A DNA stretch of 64,000 bases from positions 170,943-234,942 of the forward strand of contig CAYQCW010000001.1 of NCBI GenBank assembly GCA_964416155.1. The letters run 5' to 3'. Positions 8,443 through 17,244 of this stretch are shown piece by piece. Position 1 is the first letter of the stretch; the number at the start of each line of letters is the position of its first letter. Origin of the DNA: an uncultured Nitrososphaerota archaeon. Its GTDB lineage: Archaea > Thermoproteota > EX4484-205 > JAAOZP01. The translations under genes and the position numbers were made by a program. A model generated the notes under the pieces. It was not told the origin of the DNA, ran no database searches, and saw only the letters and a list, made by a program, of their open reading frames with translations.

Positions 8443-10692
8443 TCAGTAACCCCTCCAGGCCTTCTTGATTTCCGACGTGCTTAACTCGCACACCTCTCTA
8501 TTCAGATCAGTCATACGCAACCCGAAGCCTCTGGCTACTCTGCCAATCATGCTGAACGGTAGTCCTGAGAACAGTTCCTCAAACCTCCTCCACCGGGCTC
8601 CATCAACCTCAACGAGGAACCTTGATGTCGACTCTGAGAAAAGAACGTAGTCGCTCCTAGCCGTGTTTGAGGGGGCCTTGCGGAGATCTAACTCTATGCC
8701 CAGGTTTTTCGATGCGACTACCATCTCAGCCGCAGCCACTCCTAAACCACCCTCCGAGAGATCGTGACACGACAACACGAGTTTCTCGTCAACCGCCCGG
8801 ATTAGAGAGTCGATCAGGCTCTTAGATAGCCTGGCATCCAGCTTAGGCACCTCTCCGCCGTCAACCCCTTTAAGCCTAAAGTATGCTGAGCCCCTCAGCT
8901 CCTCCCTGGTTAAGCCGATAATGTAAACAGGGTTCCCCTCCTCCTTAAGGCTTAAAGTAACCACGTTCCGGATGTCAGGAATTATCCCTACGCCTGTCAC
9001 TAGTAGGGTTGGCCTCACTGAGCCCAGCGGCGACTCGTTGTAAAGACTATCCTTGCCTGAGATGAATGGTGTGTCTAAAGCTCTTGAGAAATCGTAGCAA
9101 GCCTCAGCAGCCCTCAGCAACCTACCCATGTTATCCTCGTTCTCGGGGCTTCCCCAGACAAAGTTATCCAATATCGCGACCCTCCTCCCCCCGGCGGCAG
9201 CATTATTCCTTAAAGCCTCTTCTATAGAGGCTGCAGCCATCCAGTATGGGTCGGGGTAGAAAGGGTTTATTCCGCACGATATTACGATTCCCATCCAGGA
9301 ATCTCTGAGGGGCTTTATCACCGCAGCGTCGCTCGGCCCAGCCTCCTCACCGTGAAGAGGCTTAACCACCGTGCATCCCCTCACCTCGTGATCATAGGTT
9401 CTGATAACATCCTCCTTACTCCTAATATTTGGGTCTGAGAGAAGAGTCAGAATCTCTTCGGCAAGGTCAACAGGCTCCTCTAAGTCAACCCTCGCTGGTG
9501 TGAGCAAAGGTATTTTCGCCCTCCTAGTAACCTTAGGAGGGTTGAACAGGAAGCCCAGGTCTAAGTCGCATACGACGGTTTTCCTCGTGAAAACCCTGAC
9601 CCTGCCTGTTTCAACAAACCTTCCTACGACGCTTGCCTCGACATCCTCCTCGCCAAATATCTCCAGGACTCTTTCAAGGTTTTCCTCCGGCACTGAGAGA
9701 AGCATCCTCTCCTGCGATTCTGAAACCCATATCTCCCAGGGAGCCATGTCAGGAGCCTTCAGAGGAACCCTATCCAGCTCGACGTCAACACCTAGGCTTG
9801 ACCTGTATGCCATTTCCCCTGCTGCACAGGATAATCCTCCCCCACCCAGGTCAGTTATACCCGTGGCAAGCCTCTCATCCCTTATTCTTATAATAGCTCT
9901 TCTAAGCCTCTCCTCCACTATCGGGTTCGGTATTTGAACAGCCGACCTCAACTCTTCAGCCTCCTCAGTAAGCTCAGCCGATGCGAACGTCACCCCGTGA
10001 ATACCATCCCTGCCTGTTCTACCTCCCGCAAGAACAGCCAAATCCCCGTTGCGCGTGTTTTTCACGTAAGCAGCCTTGGGGAGAACCCCTATGCAGCCGC
10101 AGTACACGACAACGTTTCCAGTGTAACCCTTGTCGAAGATTACCGCTCCGGAGACATTGGGAACACCCATGTTGTTGCCGTAGCTGCCTATTCCGGCCAC
10201 TACACCCCTATATATGTAGCGGGGATGCTTAACGCCAGGGGGGAGCTCCTCATACCTGGTGTCCAACGGGCCGAAACACAGTACGTCTGTTAAAGCAACC
10301 GGCTCACCCCATACTCCGAGAATATCCCTTATTACGCCTCCTACTCCGGTTGCGGCCCCTCCGAAAGGCTCTACCGCGGAAGGATGGTTATGCGTCTCAA
10401 CCTTGGCAGCTATAGCATAACCCTTGTCGAAATCAATTATTCCAGCATTGTCCTCGAACACTGAAATACACCAGTCCTTTTCCAGTTCCCTGGTCGACCT
10501 CATTATGTACGTCTTCAAAATACTGTTGATTAAACGACCATCGTCGATAGCAACATCGCCCTTGAAAACGTTGTGAAAACAGTGTTCAGACCATGTTTGG
10601 CCAATCATCTGGAGCTCAACATCCGTCAGGGGTCTGTCTCCGAAATACTGTTTTAAATACCTCATTCTCTCCAGACTCATGCTGAGCCCCAT
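8443..10692 (-). CDS. purL: Phosphoribosylformylglycinamidine synthase subunit PurL
   Basis: This 749-aa protein has the duplicated PurM-like domains typical of PurL and is embedded between purQ and purS. Confidence 0.9.
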   Translation of the reverse strand: MGLSMSLERMRYLKQYFGDRPLTDVELQMIGQTWSEHCFHNVFKGDVAIDDGRLINSILKTYIMRSTRELEKDWCISVFEDNAGIIDFDKGYAIAAKVETHNHPSAVEPFGGAATGVGGVIRDILGVWGEPVALTDVLCFGPLDTRYEELPPGVKHPRYIYRGVVAGIGSYGNNMGVPNVSGAVIFDKGYTGNVVVYCGCIGVLPKAAYVKNTRNGDLAVLAGGRTGRDGIHGVTFASAELTEEAEELRSAVQIPNPIVEERLRRAIIRIRDERLATGITDLGGGGLSCAAGEMAYRSSLGVDVELDRVPLKAPDMAPWEIWVSESQERMLLSVPEENLERVLEIFGEEDVEASVVGRFVETGRVRVFTRKTVVCDLDLGFLFNPPKVTRRAKIPLLTPARVDLEEPVDLAEEILTLLSDPNIRSKEDVIRTYDHEVRGCTVVKPLHGEEAGPSDAAVIKPLRDSWMGIVISCGINPFYPDPYWMAAASIEEALRNNAAAGGRRVAILDNFVWGSPENEDNMGRLLRAAEACYDFSRALDTPFISGKDSLYNESPLGSVRPTLLVTGVGIIPDIRNVVTLSLKEEGNPVYIIGLTREELRGSAYFRLKGVDGGEVPKLDARLSKSLIDSLIRAVDEKLVLSCHDLSEGGLGVAAAEMVVASKNLGIELDLRKAPSNTARSDYVLFSESTSRFLVEVDGARWRRFEELFSGLPFSMIGRVARGFGLRMTDLNREVCELSTSEIKKAWRGY

Positions 10693-10775
10693 TTCCCTGC
10701 TTATCTCAAGAAGATCGTCATCGCTTGCTGAAGAAAGGCCTATAGTGTAAACCTCTAGATCCCCATACGGCTTCT

Positions 10776-10976
10776 TCAGGAGCCCCGGCTGCAGGTCGAG
10801 AGCACCTCTACGCTGTAATCATCCTTAACGGGGTTGGCCAACAGTTTTCTACACATTTCCTCCGCAAGCCTTACTGCTTCTTCACGATCGTTAGATTCAA
10901 CGTCAACAATATAGACTTTGCCGGTTTTAACCATAGTCACGGGGAAGCCGAGATCCCTTAGCGATTTAGCAGTCAC
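10776..10976 (-). CDS. purS: Phosphoribosylformylglycinamidine synthase subunit PurS (start uncertain; the conserved N-terminus continues upstream without a canonical start)
   Basis: The C-terminus EEMCRKLLANPVKDDY matches the PurS signature. In the same frame, RLRVEVKLKPGHSDPEGD lies immediately upstream of the GTG start and overlaps the 3' end of purE. Confidence 0.7.
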   Translation of the reverse strand: MTAKSLRDLGFPVTMVKTGKVYIVDVESNDREEAVRLAEEMCRKLLANPVKDDYSVEVLSTCSRGS

Positions 10977-11023
10977 ATCGCCCTCAGGGTCGGAGTGACC
11001 CGGTTTAAGCTTAACTTCAACCC

Positions 11024-11458
11024 TCAGCCTCGTTTCTTCCTTTCCTCCTTAAGCCTCTCCGCGAGCCCAGGGTATTTCAGGGACAGTATTTCAACCGCCA
11101 GTATCGCAGCATTCTTCCAGTTGTCCACGCCGACAGCAGCAACCGGTATGCCTGGAGGCATCTGGACGATTGAAAGAAGCGCGTCTAGACCACCAAGCTT
11201 AACCTCCCTTGGAACACCGATCACGGGCTTAACGGTTTTAGACGCTATAACCCCGGGCAGGGCTGCTGAAAGACCAGCCACCGCGATAAACACTTCTGCA
11301 TCACTGTTCTTAACGAAAGAGTCCAGCTCATCGGGATTCCGGTGGGCGGAGAGAACCCTGTAATCACAGTCAACATCAAATTCTTTCAAGAAGCCAACGA
11401 TGTTTCTACCGAGCTCGTCATCAGACTTGCTCCCCACTATGACGGCAGCCTTAGCCAT
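11024..11458 (-). CDS. purE: N5-carboxyaminoimidazole ribonucleotide mutase (PurE)
   Basis: The protein is 144 aa and carries AKAAVIVGSKSD..FIAVAGLSAALPGV, typical of PurE. Confidence 0.85.
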   Translation of the reverse strand: MAKAAVIVGSKSDDELGRNIVGFLKEFDVDCDYRVLSAHRNPDELDSFVKNSDAEVFIAVAGLSAALPGVIASKTVKPVIGVPREVKLGGLDALLSIVQMPPGIPVAAVGVDNWKNAAILAVEILSLKYPGLAERLKEERKKRG

Positions 11459-11460
11459 TG

Positions 11461-11715
11461 TTAAGACCCCTCGTAGAACATTTGTTTCTCAGCGAAGTGC
11501 GTGACGACTTCATTACTCCCAGCCTCCTCTATATCCTTGTGGAACGCTACTGATAGGCCCAATTCTCCTCTGCCTACCGATATGAATACTGCTGGCCTAG
11601 ACGTTTCTAGCAACTCTATTGGGCTAAGCCTCTTCTCAACCTCACTACTGTAGGAGGGGACACGTTCAATCAGGCTGATTCCCACATCAGGCTTCATTCT
11701 AACAGTCATTTTCAA
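11461..11715 (-). CDS. Hypothetical small protein encoded inside the pur operon
   Basis: This 84-aa ORF overlaps the purD start codon by 4 bp (ATGA), indicating translational coupling, and ends 3 bp before purE. No family recognised. Confidence 0.35.
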   Translation of the reverse strand: MKMTVRMKPDVGISLIERVPSYSSEVEKRLSPIELLETSRPAVFISVGRGELGLSVAFHKDIEEAGSNEVVTHFAEKQMFYEGS

Positions 11716-13217
11716 CCAACCTCCTCCAATCCTTTTCCAGGTATCCAGATCATTCTCCTACCGAGAATCCCCTTTCTCTCCCTATATTTATATATTTCTC
11801 TCGCCATGTCGGCTAGCATTATCCTCCTCTCTAAAGACTTCTCAGAACCGATGTCACTCCTGTGGAAAAGCCCCCAGCCATCTGCAAAGCTAACCTTCGA
11901 CGTAAGCCTCTCAGCAATGCTGCTTGCCTCAGGTATGGTTTCCGCAACGCCGAGACACTCTACAAGCCTGGAACCGCCACTCTCTATGATTCCAGAGTCT
12001 TTCAAATCCGCTGAAGCCCAGAAAACCCCCTCCCCATAGTCGTGAACTAGCACAGGATGGCCCTTTGCAAGATCCCTGCTCAACGGGTATCCGTGTGGCG
12101 AGACTGCTTTCACAACCGTGGCCTTCTCCTCAAACTCAATACTAACAGTGTTAAGCCTCTCGCTTATTATCGCCTCACATATTTCGACGATATCGGTCTT
12201 CAAAACGGCGAGGACGTTTAAAGCCTCAGGATCCCCAAGCCTAGAATACATTTCTATTATCGTCGGCCCCCATATGGAGGTCAGCATCATCTGCCCGGCT
12301 ACAACACCATGATATTTTCTCCCAGTTTCACGCTGAATAGCATCAACCATCATCCTAACTATTTCAGCAGATTTCTCAACCTCCTCCTCAGTAAGTATAG
12401 ACCTATCATCGTTAACACCCCATTTCAGATTCATGCCGCAACATATAGACCCCATTCCACCCGTTTCAGGGCCAAGGTCGCCGTCGAAGGCATGCTTGTT
12501 ATCTTGGACAGCGGGCATCGGCACTATCGTCCTACCGTCCGTGAAACATTGCAACGTATACTCCGGCCCCCAGACCCTCTCCTCTATCAGTATTTTGAAA
12601 TCCACGTCGCCGTAACCCTTCATGTAGTCCCTGTAGATGGATTCGACATGCTGCTTCTTCACCTTCTTCTTCTCTTCTTTCAAATAGACTTGGAAATCCT
12701 CTATCACTTTAACTCCTTTCCCACCTACCTGCCTAGCAGGCTTAAGCGCGACGCTCTCAGCATACTCTTCAACATACGGGGCAGCCTCATCGAACGTTCT
12801 GAACTTCTTATACCAGAGCCGCCCCGGAATCCCGTATTTCCACTGTAGATCCCTCATGCTCGCCTTCGACAACTCTATCTCAGCAACCTGCCTGTTCGCA
12901 CCTATGCATGGAATACCTTTCTCCTCAAGAATGTCCGGAACACCGTGGAAATTAGGCTCCTCAGGACCTATGAAAACGAAGTTGACACCAGTCTTTAAAG
13001 CGTTCTTCAAAACCGTCTCAGCATCATTAGGATCCCCAACATAATACTCGCCACCACTTTTTTTAACAATCCTGCTTATACCCGGGTTGACGAGGTCAGA
13101 GAGGCAGTAGAGCCTGAGCGAGTAACTGCTTCTCGCGAAAGCCGCTGCTACGGCATGCTCCCTCCCGCCACCGCCAACCAGAAGAACCTTCAACCAGCTA
13201 CACCTCCGGATAGACAC
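11712..13217 (-). CDS. purD: Phosphoribosylamine--glycine ligase (PurD), unusually long
   Basis: The N-terminal KVLLVGGGGREHA and ATP-grasp core match PurD. At 501 aa it exceeds the usual 420 to 440 aa, with a Lys-rich insertion and a C-terminal extension. Confidence 0.85.
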   Translation of the reverse strand: MSIRRCSWLKVLLVGGGGREHAVAAAFARSSYSLRLYCLSDLVNPGISRIVKKSGGEYYVGDPNDAETVLKNALKTGVNFVFIGPEEPNFHGVPDILEEKGIPCIGANRQVAEIELSKASMRDLQWKYGIPGRLWYKKFRTFDEAAPYVEEYAESVALKPARQVGGKGVKVIEDFQVYLKEEKKKVKKQHVESIYRDYMKGYGDVDFKILIEERVWGPEYTLQCFTDGRTIVPMPAVQDNKHAFDGDLGPETGGMGSICCGMNLKWGVNDDRSILTEEEVEKSAEIVRMMVDAIQRETGRKYHGVVAGQMMLTSIWGPTIIEMYSRLGDPEALNVLAVLKTDIVEICEAIISERLNTVSIEFEEKATVVKAVSPHGYPLSRDLAKGHPVLVHDYGEGVFWASADLKDSGIIESGGSRLVECLGVAETIPEASSIAERLTSKVSFADGWGLFHRSDIGSEKSLERRIMLADMAREIYKYRERKGILGRRMIWIPGKGLEEVG

Positions 13218-14511
13218 AGTTGAAACAGCCTAGGCAAAGCTCATCCCCTTTTAATCCGATCGCATCAATCAATCCCTCTATGCTGAGATACTTGAACGAA
13301 TCTGCGCCAACAACCTCAGCGATCTTCTCTTCAGACAAGTGTCTCCCTATGAGCTCATCCTCAGGCGGAACCTCAACGCCAAAGGGACAGTGGGAAACAA
13401 TATGCGGGCTCCCTATTCTAACGTGTATCTCCTTAGCGCCCTTCTCCTTCATCAAGTAGACTATGTTCGCAAGCGTGTTACCCCTTACGACGCTGTCGTC
13501 AATCAGCACAACCCTCTTACCTCTAACAGCCTCGCTTATCACGTTCAGCTTAAGCTGAACACCCTTGAGTCTTTCAAACTGATCCGGTCTCAGAGCACTC
13601 CTAACCCTCCTGCCAGTAAGCTCAAAACCCTTCTCTATAGGAATACCTGTCTCGTTAGAATATGCCATTGCGAATGGTATTGCCGTCTCAGGAACACCTA
13701 TCACCACGTCCGCGTCCACCCTGTCCTCCTCAGAAAGCCTCCTGCCTATGTTCCTCCTAACCCTGTATATCGGAATATCGTTAACATACGAGTCAGGCCT
13801 AGCCAAATACACGTATTCAAAGCTGCAGTAGGCCCTGCCTGATGAATCACCACCCTTAACCAAGCGTGCTGAGAAGTGTGTGAAAACCATCGCGTCCCCA
13901 GCCTCAATGTTCTCCGCAGGGCTTATCGGAACCCTCTCGCCAATAACGTCCATCACGCAGCTCTCTGAAGCAACAATCCCGCCTTCAAACCCGAATTTGC
14001 CGAGCACGAGCGGCTTAACACCGAGGCTGCACCTTCCCGCAACCATCTCCATCCGGTGGTTCACAGCAATGTAGGTGAAGCCTCCCTTACAGTTGTCGAA
14101 AAACTCTTTAACAGTCTCTATTTCCCCCCTGGGCCCGACGAAGCTTGCGAAAGCCCTCCTCAGGTTACCCTCGTAGCTTAGCGAAGCATTCCAAGAATAC
14201 CCCTCAACCCTAGTTATTCTGCCGTCTAAAGCCATTGAGACTTTCTCATTCAAGGCAAGAGGCTGAATATCCTCCTCGGCTTCAACAGGATACGGGGAAA
14301 CCGCGCCCAGGCAGATATGCCCCTCAGTCCCTAAATGGCTTAAAACATCTTCAACCAAGCCTTTACCAGATATTCTCCGCCTAGCCTGCCCTATGAGCTC
14401 CAGTCCAGCCGTCTCCTGACCCCTGTGTTGTAGAGCCAGCAACCCGTATACTCCGAAGCTCCCAGCGTTCCACCTCTCGTCGAAAAGATATATTCCCAGT
14501 ATCCCCGTCAT
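13198..14511 (-). CDS. Amidophosphoribosyltransferase-like paralog (PurF-like; N-terminal nucleophile position is Thr)
   Basis: An Ntn-type N-domain is followed by the PRTase motif VVLIDDSVVRGNT and a C-terminal Cys cluster CLGCFNC. Mature position 1 is MTGILGIY rather than MCGI. Confidence 0.7.
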   Translation of the reverse strand: MTGILGIYLFDERWNAGSFGVYGLLALQHRGQETAGLELIGQARRRISGKGLVEDVLSHLGTEGHICLGAVSPYPVEAEEDIQPLALNEKVSMALDGRITRVEGYSWNASLSYEGNLRRAFASFVGPRGEIETVKEFFDNCKGGFTYIAVNHRMEMVAGRCSLGVKPLVLGKFGFEGGIVASESCVMDVIGERVPISPAENIEAGDAMVFTHFSARLVKGGDSSGRAYCSFEYVYLARPDSYVNDIPIYRVRRNIGRRLSEEDRVDADVVIGVPETAIPFAMAYSNETGIPIEKGFELTGRRVRSALRPDQFERLKGVQLKLNVISEAVRGKRVVLIDDSVVRGNTLANIVYLMKEKGAKEIHVRIGSPHIVSHCPFGVEVPPEDELIGRHLSEEKIAEVVGADSFKYLSIEGLIDAIGLKGDELCLGCFNCVYPEV

Positions 14512-15995
14512 GTAACTCCCCCCAGCCTCGTGAACTCATCCCTCTCATAGATCCTCCTCTCATCCCTAAAGTCTGTCGAAGCCTTGGCGGTGTCAGCCAT
14601 CTTCTGAGTAAGCTCGGTCGGATACTTTCCTGTTACGCATGCTAGGCAAAGCTCGTTAACACCCATTCCCGTGGCCCTGACATAGTCCTCCAGAGGCTGG
14701 TAGAAAACCCCGTCGGCACCAACCTGTTTCGCAATACCCTCCTCGTCAAACCTGAAGCCGATAAGCTCTGTGAAAGTAGCCATGTCAACACCGTAGAAAC
14801 ACGGGTGAGTTATCCTCGGGAAAGTTATGAAGAGAAAAACCTTCTCAGCGCCAGCCCTCCTAAGCTTCCTAACCACAGTCCTAGTGGTGTCACCCCTGAC
14901 AATACTGTCGTCGACAACAATAACCTTCTTGCCCTTAAGCCTCCCGTCCATAATGTTCACCTTCTTGTCAATCGTTGAAACCCTTTCACCGGGCTCGAGA
15001 ATGAAAGCCCTCTGAGTAACATACCTGTGCCTCCTAAGAACTCTCTCCCATTTCAAGCCAGTCTCCTCATGCAGACCGTACGCAGCGTCCTCAGCCGTCT
15101 CAGGCATTGAAAGAATCACGTCAGACTTCTCAACAACATCCCTAAATCTCCTCCCCAGGTTTCTGCCAAACTCCTCCCTCACGCTGTAAACATACTTCCC
15201 GTTGAGCAGGGAATCCGGCCTAGCGAAGTAAGCATATTCAAAAGCGCAGAAAGCAGTCCTATCCTTCTTCACAAGCCTCTCCCTTTCAACACCATCCTTA
15301 CTAAAGACAACAATCTCACCAGGCTTAACATCACTCGTAAACCTCAGCCCGTTAATGTCAAACCCAACAGTCTCAGAGGAGAAAGCATTAACCGCACCGT
15401 CCTCGCTAACCCCGATGCTGAGAGGCCTTATTCCAAGCGGGTCCCTGAAGGCGAAAAGCTCCCCGTTAGACCTCAGGCCCACGACAGAAAAGGCGCCTTC
15501 AACATCCCTCATGCAGCGCTCAACACCACTAACTAAACCTCCATCAACACTCATGACAAGGATTTTTGATAAAACAACCGCGTCACAGCCCGCTTCAAAA
15601 CCCCCGGAAGCCTTCAGACGACTCCTAAGCTCATTAACGTTAACAATATTACCGTTGAAAGCGAAACCAATCTTCTCACTCCCGTGGGAAGATATTAGCG
15701 GCTGCGCATCATTCAGCCGAGAAGAGGAACCCCTATCCCCCGACGTGCCATACCTGACGTGAGCAACTCCAACACTCCCCTGCAGAAAGCCACGCCACCT
15801 AGAATACCTCTCGCCAAAAACCTGTGGAACAAGGCCAACATTCACATGCCGCCTGAAACCCTCCGCACACGTTAAAAAACCATAAGACTCATGACCCCGA
15901 TGGTTCTGTGCCACAAGCCCCCAATATAAAAGGTCGAAAACACACCTGCCGCCTAAACACTTCGCCCCAAACACGCCGCAGCTCTCGGCAAGCAT
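14508..15995 (-). CDS. purF: Amidophosphoribosyltransferase (PurF) with short propeptide
   Basis: The N-terminal MLAES is followed by CGVFG, giving a catalytic Cys after the propeptide. The PRTase motif VIVVDDSIVRGDT is present. It overlaps the upstream paralog by 4 bp. Confidence 0.85.
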   Translation of the reverse strand: MLAESCGVFGAKCLGGRCVFDLLYWGLVAQNHRGHESYGFLTCAEGFRRHVNVGLVPQVFGERYSRWRGFLQGSVGVAHVRYGTSGDRGSSSRLNDAQPLISSHGSEKIGFAFNGNIVNVNELRSRLKASGGFEAGCDAVVLSKILVMSVDGGLVSGVERCMRDVEGAFSVVGLRSNGELFAFRDPLGIRPLSIGVSEDGAVNAFSSETVGFDINGLRFTSDVKPGEIVVFSKDGVERERLVKKDRTAFCAFEYAYFARPDSLLNGKYVYSVREEFGRNLGRRFRDVVEKSDVILSMPETAEDAAYGLHEETGLKWERVLRRHRYVTQRAFILEPGERVSTIDKKVNIMDGRLKGKKVIVVDDSIVRGDTTRTVVRKLRRAGAEKVFLFITFPRITHPCFYGVDMATFTELIGFRFDEEGIAKQVGADGVFYQPLEDYVRATGMGVNELCLACVTGKYPTELTQKMADTAKASTDFRDERRIYERDEFTRLGGVT

Positions 15996-16334
15996 TTACG
16001 GCAAAAAACATTTCCGGCAGGTATTTAAAAATTCGCTAACATGAACAAGTTAAATTACCAAGTTTATGTTAAAAAACTCGAGGGATAGGCACAGTTTTGC
16101 AATATTCTACTTCCTGGTTCTCTGGAAGCGGGTTATAGTCATCCTGAGTGGAAAGCGGAATCCCAGTCGACAGGGAAAGCCAACAGCTCTTTAAGCGGAA
16201 ATTAGCGCGGGCTATACCGAACTACAAGGGTAGTGGAAGATGAACCTCGCCCCCGTATCAGAAGAACGGTACGAACCTCTCTCCGTCGAAGCTAAGCGTC
16301 CCCGTTACAGTGCCATCTAACATGCGTAGAGGCA

Positions 16335-16843
16335 CTAGGGTGGAGAGCCCTCCGCCCCTGGCTTTCCTTCCCTGAACCTCCTCAGCAGAGTATCCTCCCT
16401 AAACGGCATTGCTCTGCTATCCTCTAGCATGGCCATGCCGACTAGGGTTCCGTCAGGCAGGAAGTTGACGTGTCTCGCCCCAACTATCTTCTCACCCCCG
16501 ATTCTTTCGATCAAAGTGTCTCCATTGAGCAACAACACTCTACCATCCTCCAGCTTTACGAGAAATGCTGGGTTTCCGTTTAGCAGCCTGAAGAGGAAAC
16601 TTCCCTCTAAAACTTTCATCCCATGGGCTTCATCTATAAGCTTGTCGCTGACGAAGGGAACTTGCCGGCCATCATCTAAGAAGACTCGCCTACCAAAATA
16701 TTGCCAAAGAAGACTCTGTAGGAAACCCGCGCAGCCTTAAACTCCTTCCCGCCAATCCTATCTATCAGGATATCGTCCCTGAACAAGAGTTCTCGCTCGA
16801 ACCCCTGAACCCAGAGCGCGCGCAAATTTATACCCTGTCGCAT
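16335..16843 (-). pseudogene. Internally duplicated small repeat-protein gene disrupted by a 29-bp tandem duplication (two ORFs of 56 and 94 aa in different frames)
   Basis: The upstream ORF (ATG at 16843, stop at 16676) and the 94-aa ORF (16335..16619) encode homologous repeats, DDILIDRIGGKEFKAARVSYRVF versus GDTLIERIGGEKIVGARHVNFLP. Removing one copy of the 29-bp unit bounded by AAGAAGACTC (16678-16687 and 16707-16716) fuses them in frame. Confidence 0.4.
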
Positions 16844-17244
16844 CCCACCTTCCGACGCAGTAGCCGTAATGCTTGCAGCACCACCGTAAGAAGCAGACTA
16901 TCTGTTTTCCATGTTCCCGGCGTACCCTAGGCTAACACGCAAACTAGTAGTATGCTCGCTACCAGCAAAGAAACTGCTATAATAATGCCGGGGATCATTA
17001 AACTAGAGTTCTTTAAATCTTTCACGTGTACCACCTCCGCTTATAGGGGGTAATGGGTCATATATTGCGGAGGCCGATATCGATATATTTCACATTCGAA
17101 AAAGAACAATAGAATGCTCCAAAAAGAGGTCAAAAAATCCAATTCATCCCCATCTGCAGAATTTGGTTAAAACCTTGCTCAAGAATTTTGCTCGCGATAA
17201 CGCTCCCATATGCCTTTTTCCATGGAGCATAAAATGGTGCCGCG

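Noticed and set aside
9500-10293. Several 80 to 145-codon plus-strand ORFs within purL
   Set aside because: They are antisense to a conserved 749-aa PurL and carry no motifs.
12309-12848. 179-codon plus-strand ORF within purD
   Set aside because: It is antisense to purD and has no recognisable domain.
13198-15995. Possibility that the two purF-like ORFs are one frameshifted gene
   Set aside because: Each encodes a complete Ntn amidotransferase N-domain plus a PRTase domain with its own PRPP-binding motif, so they are two full-length paralogs.
16080-16330. Tried to call RNase P RNA, SRP RNA or a tRNA in the hairpin-rich gap
   Set aside because: I could not find the universal RNase P elements (GGAAAGUCC, ACAGNRA..GGCUUA), a convincing SRP helix-8 motif, or a T-arm GTTCGAATC box. 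It is kept only as an unclassified candidate in the findings.
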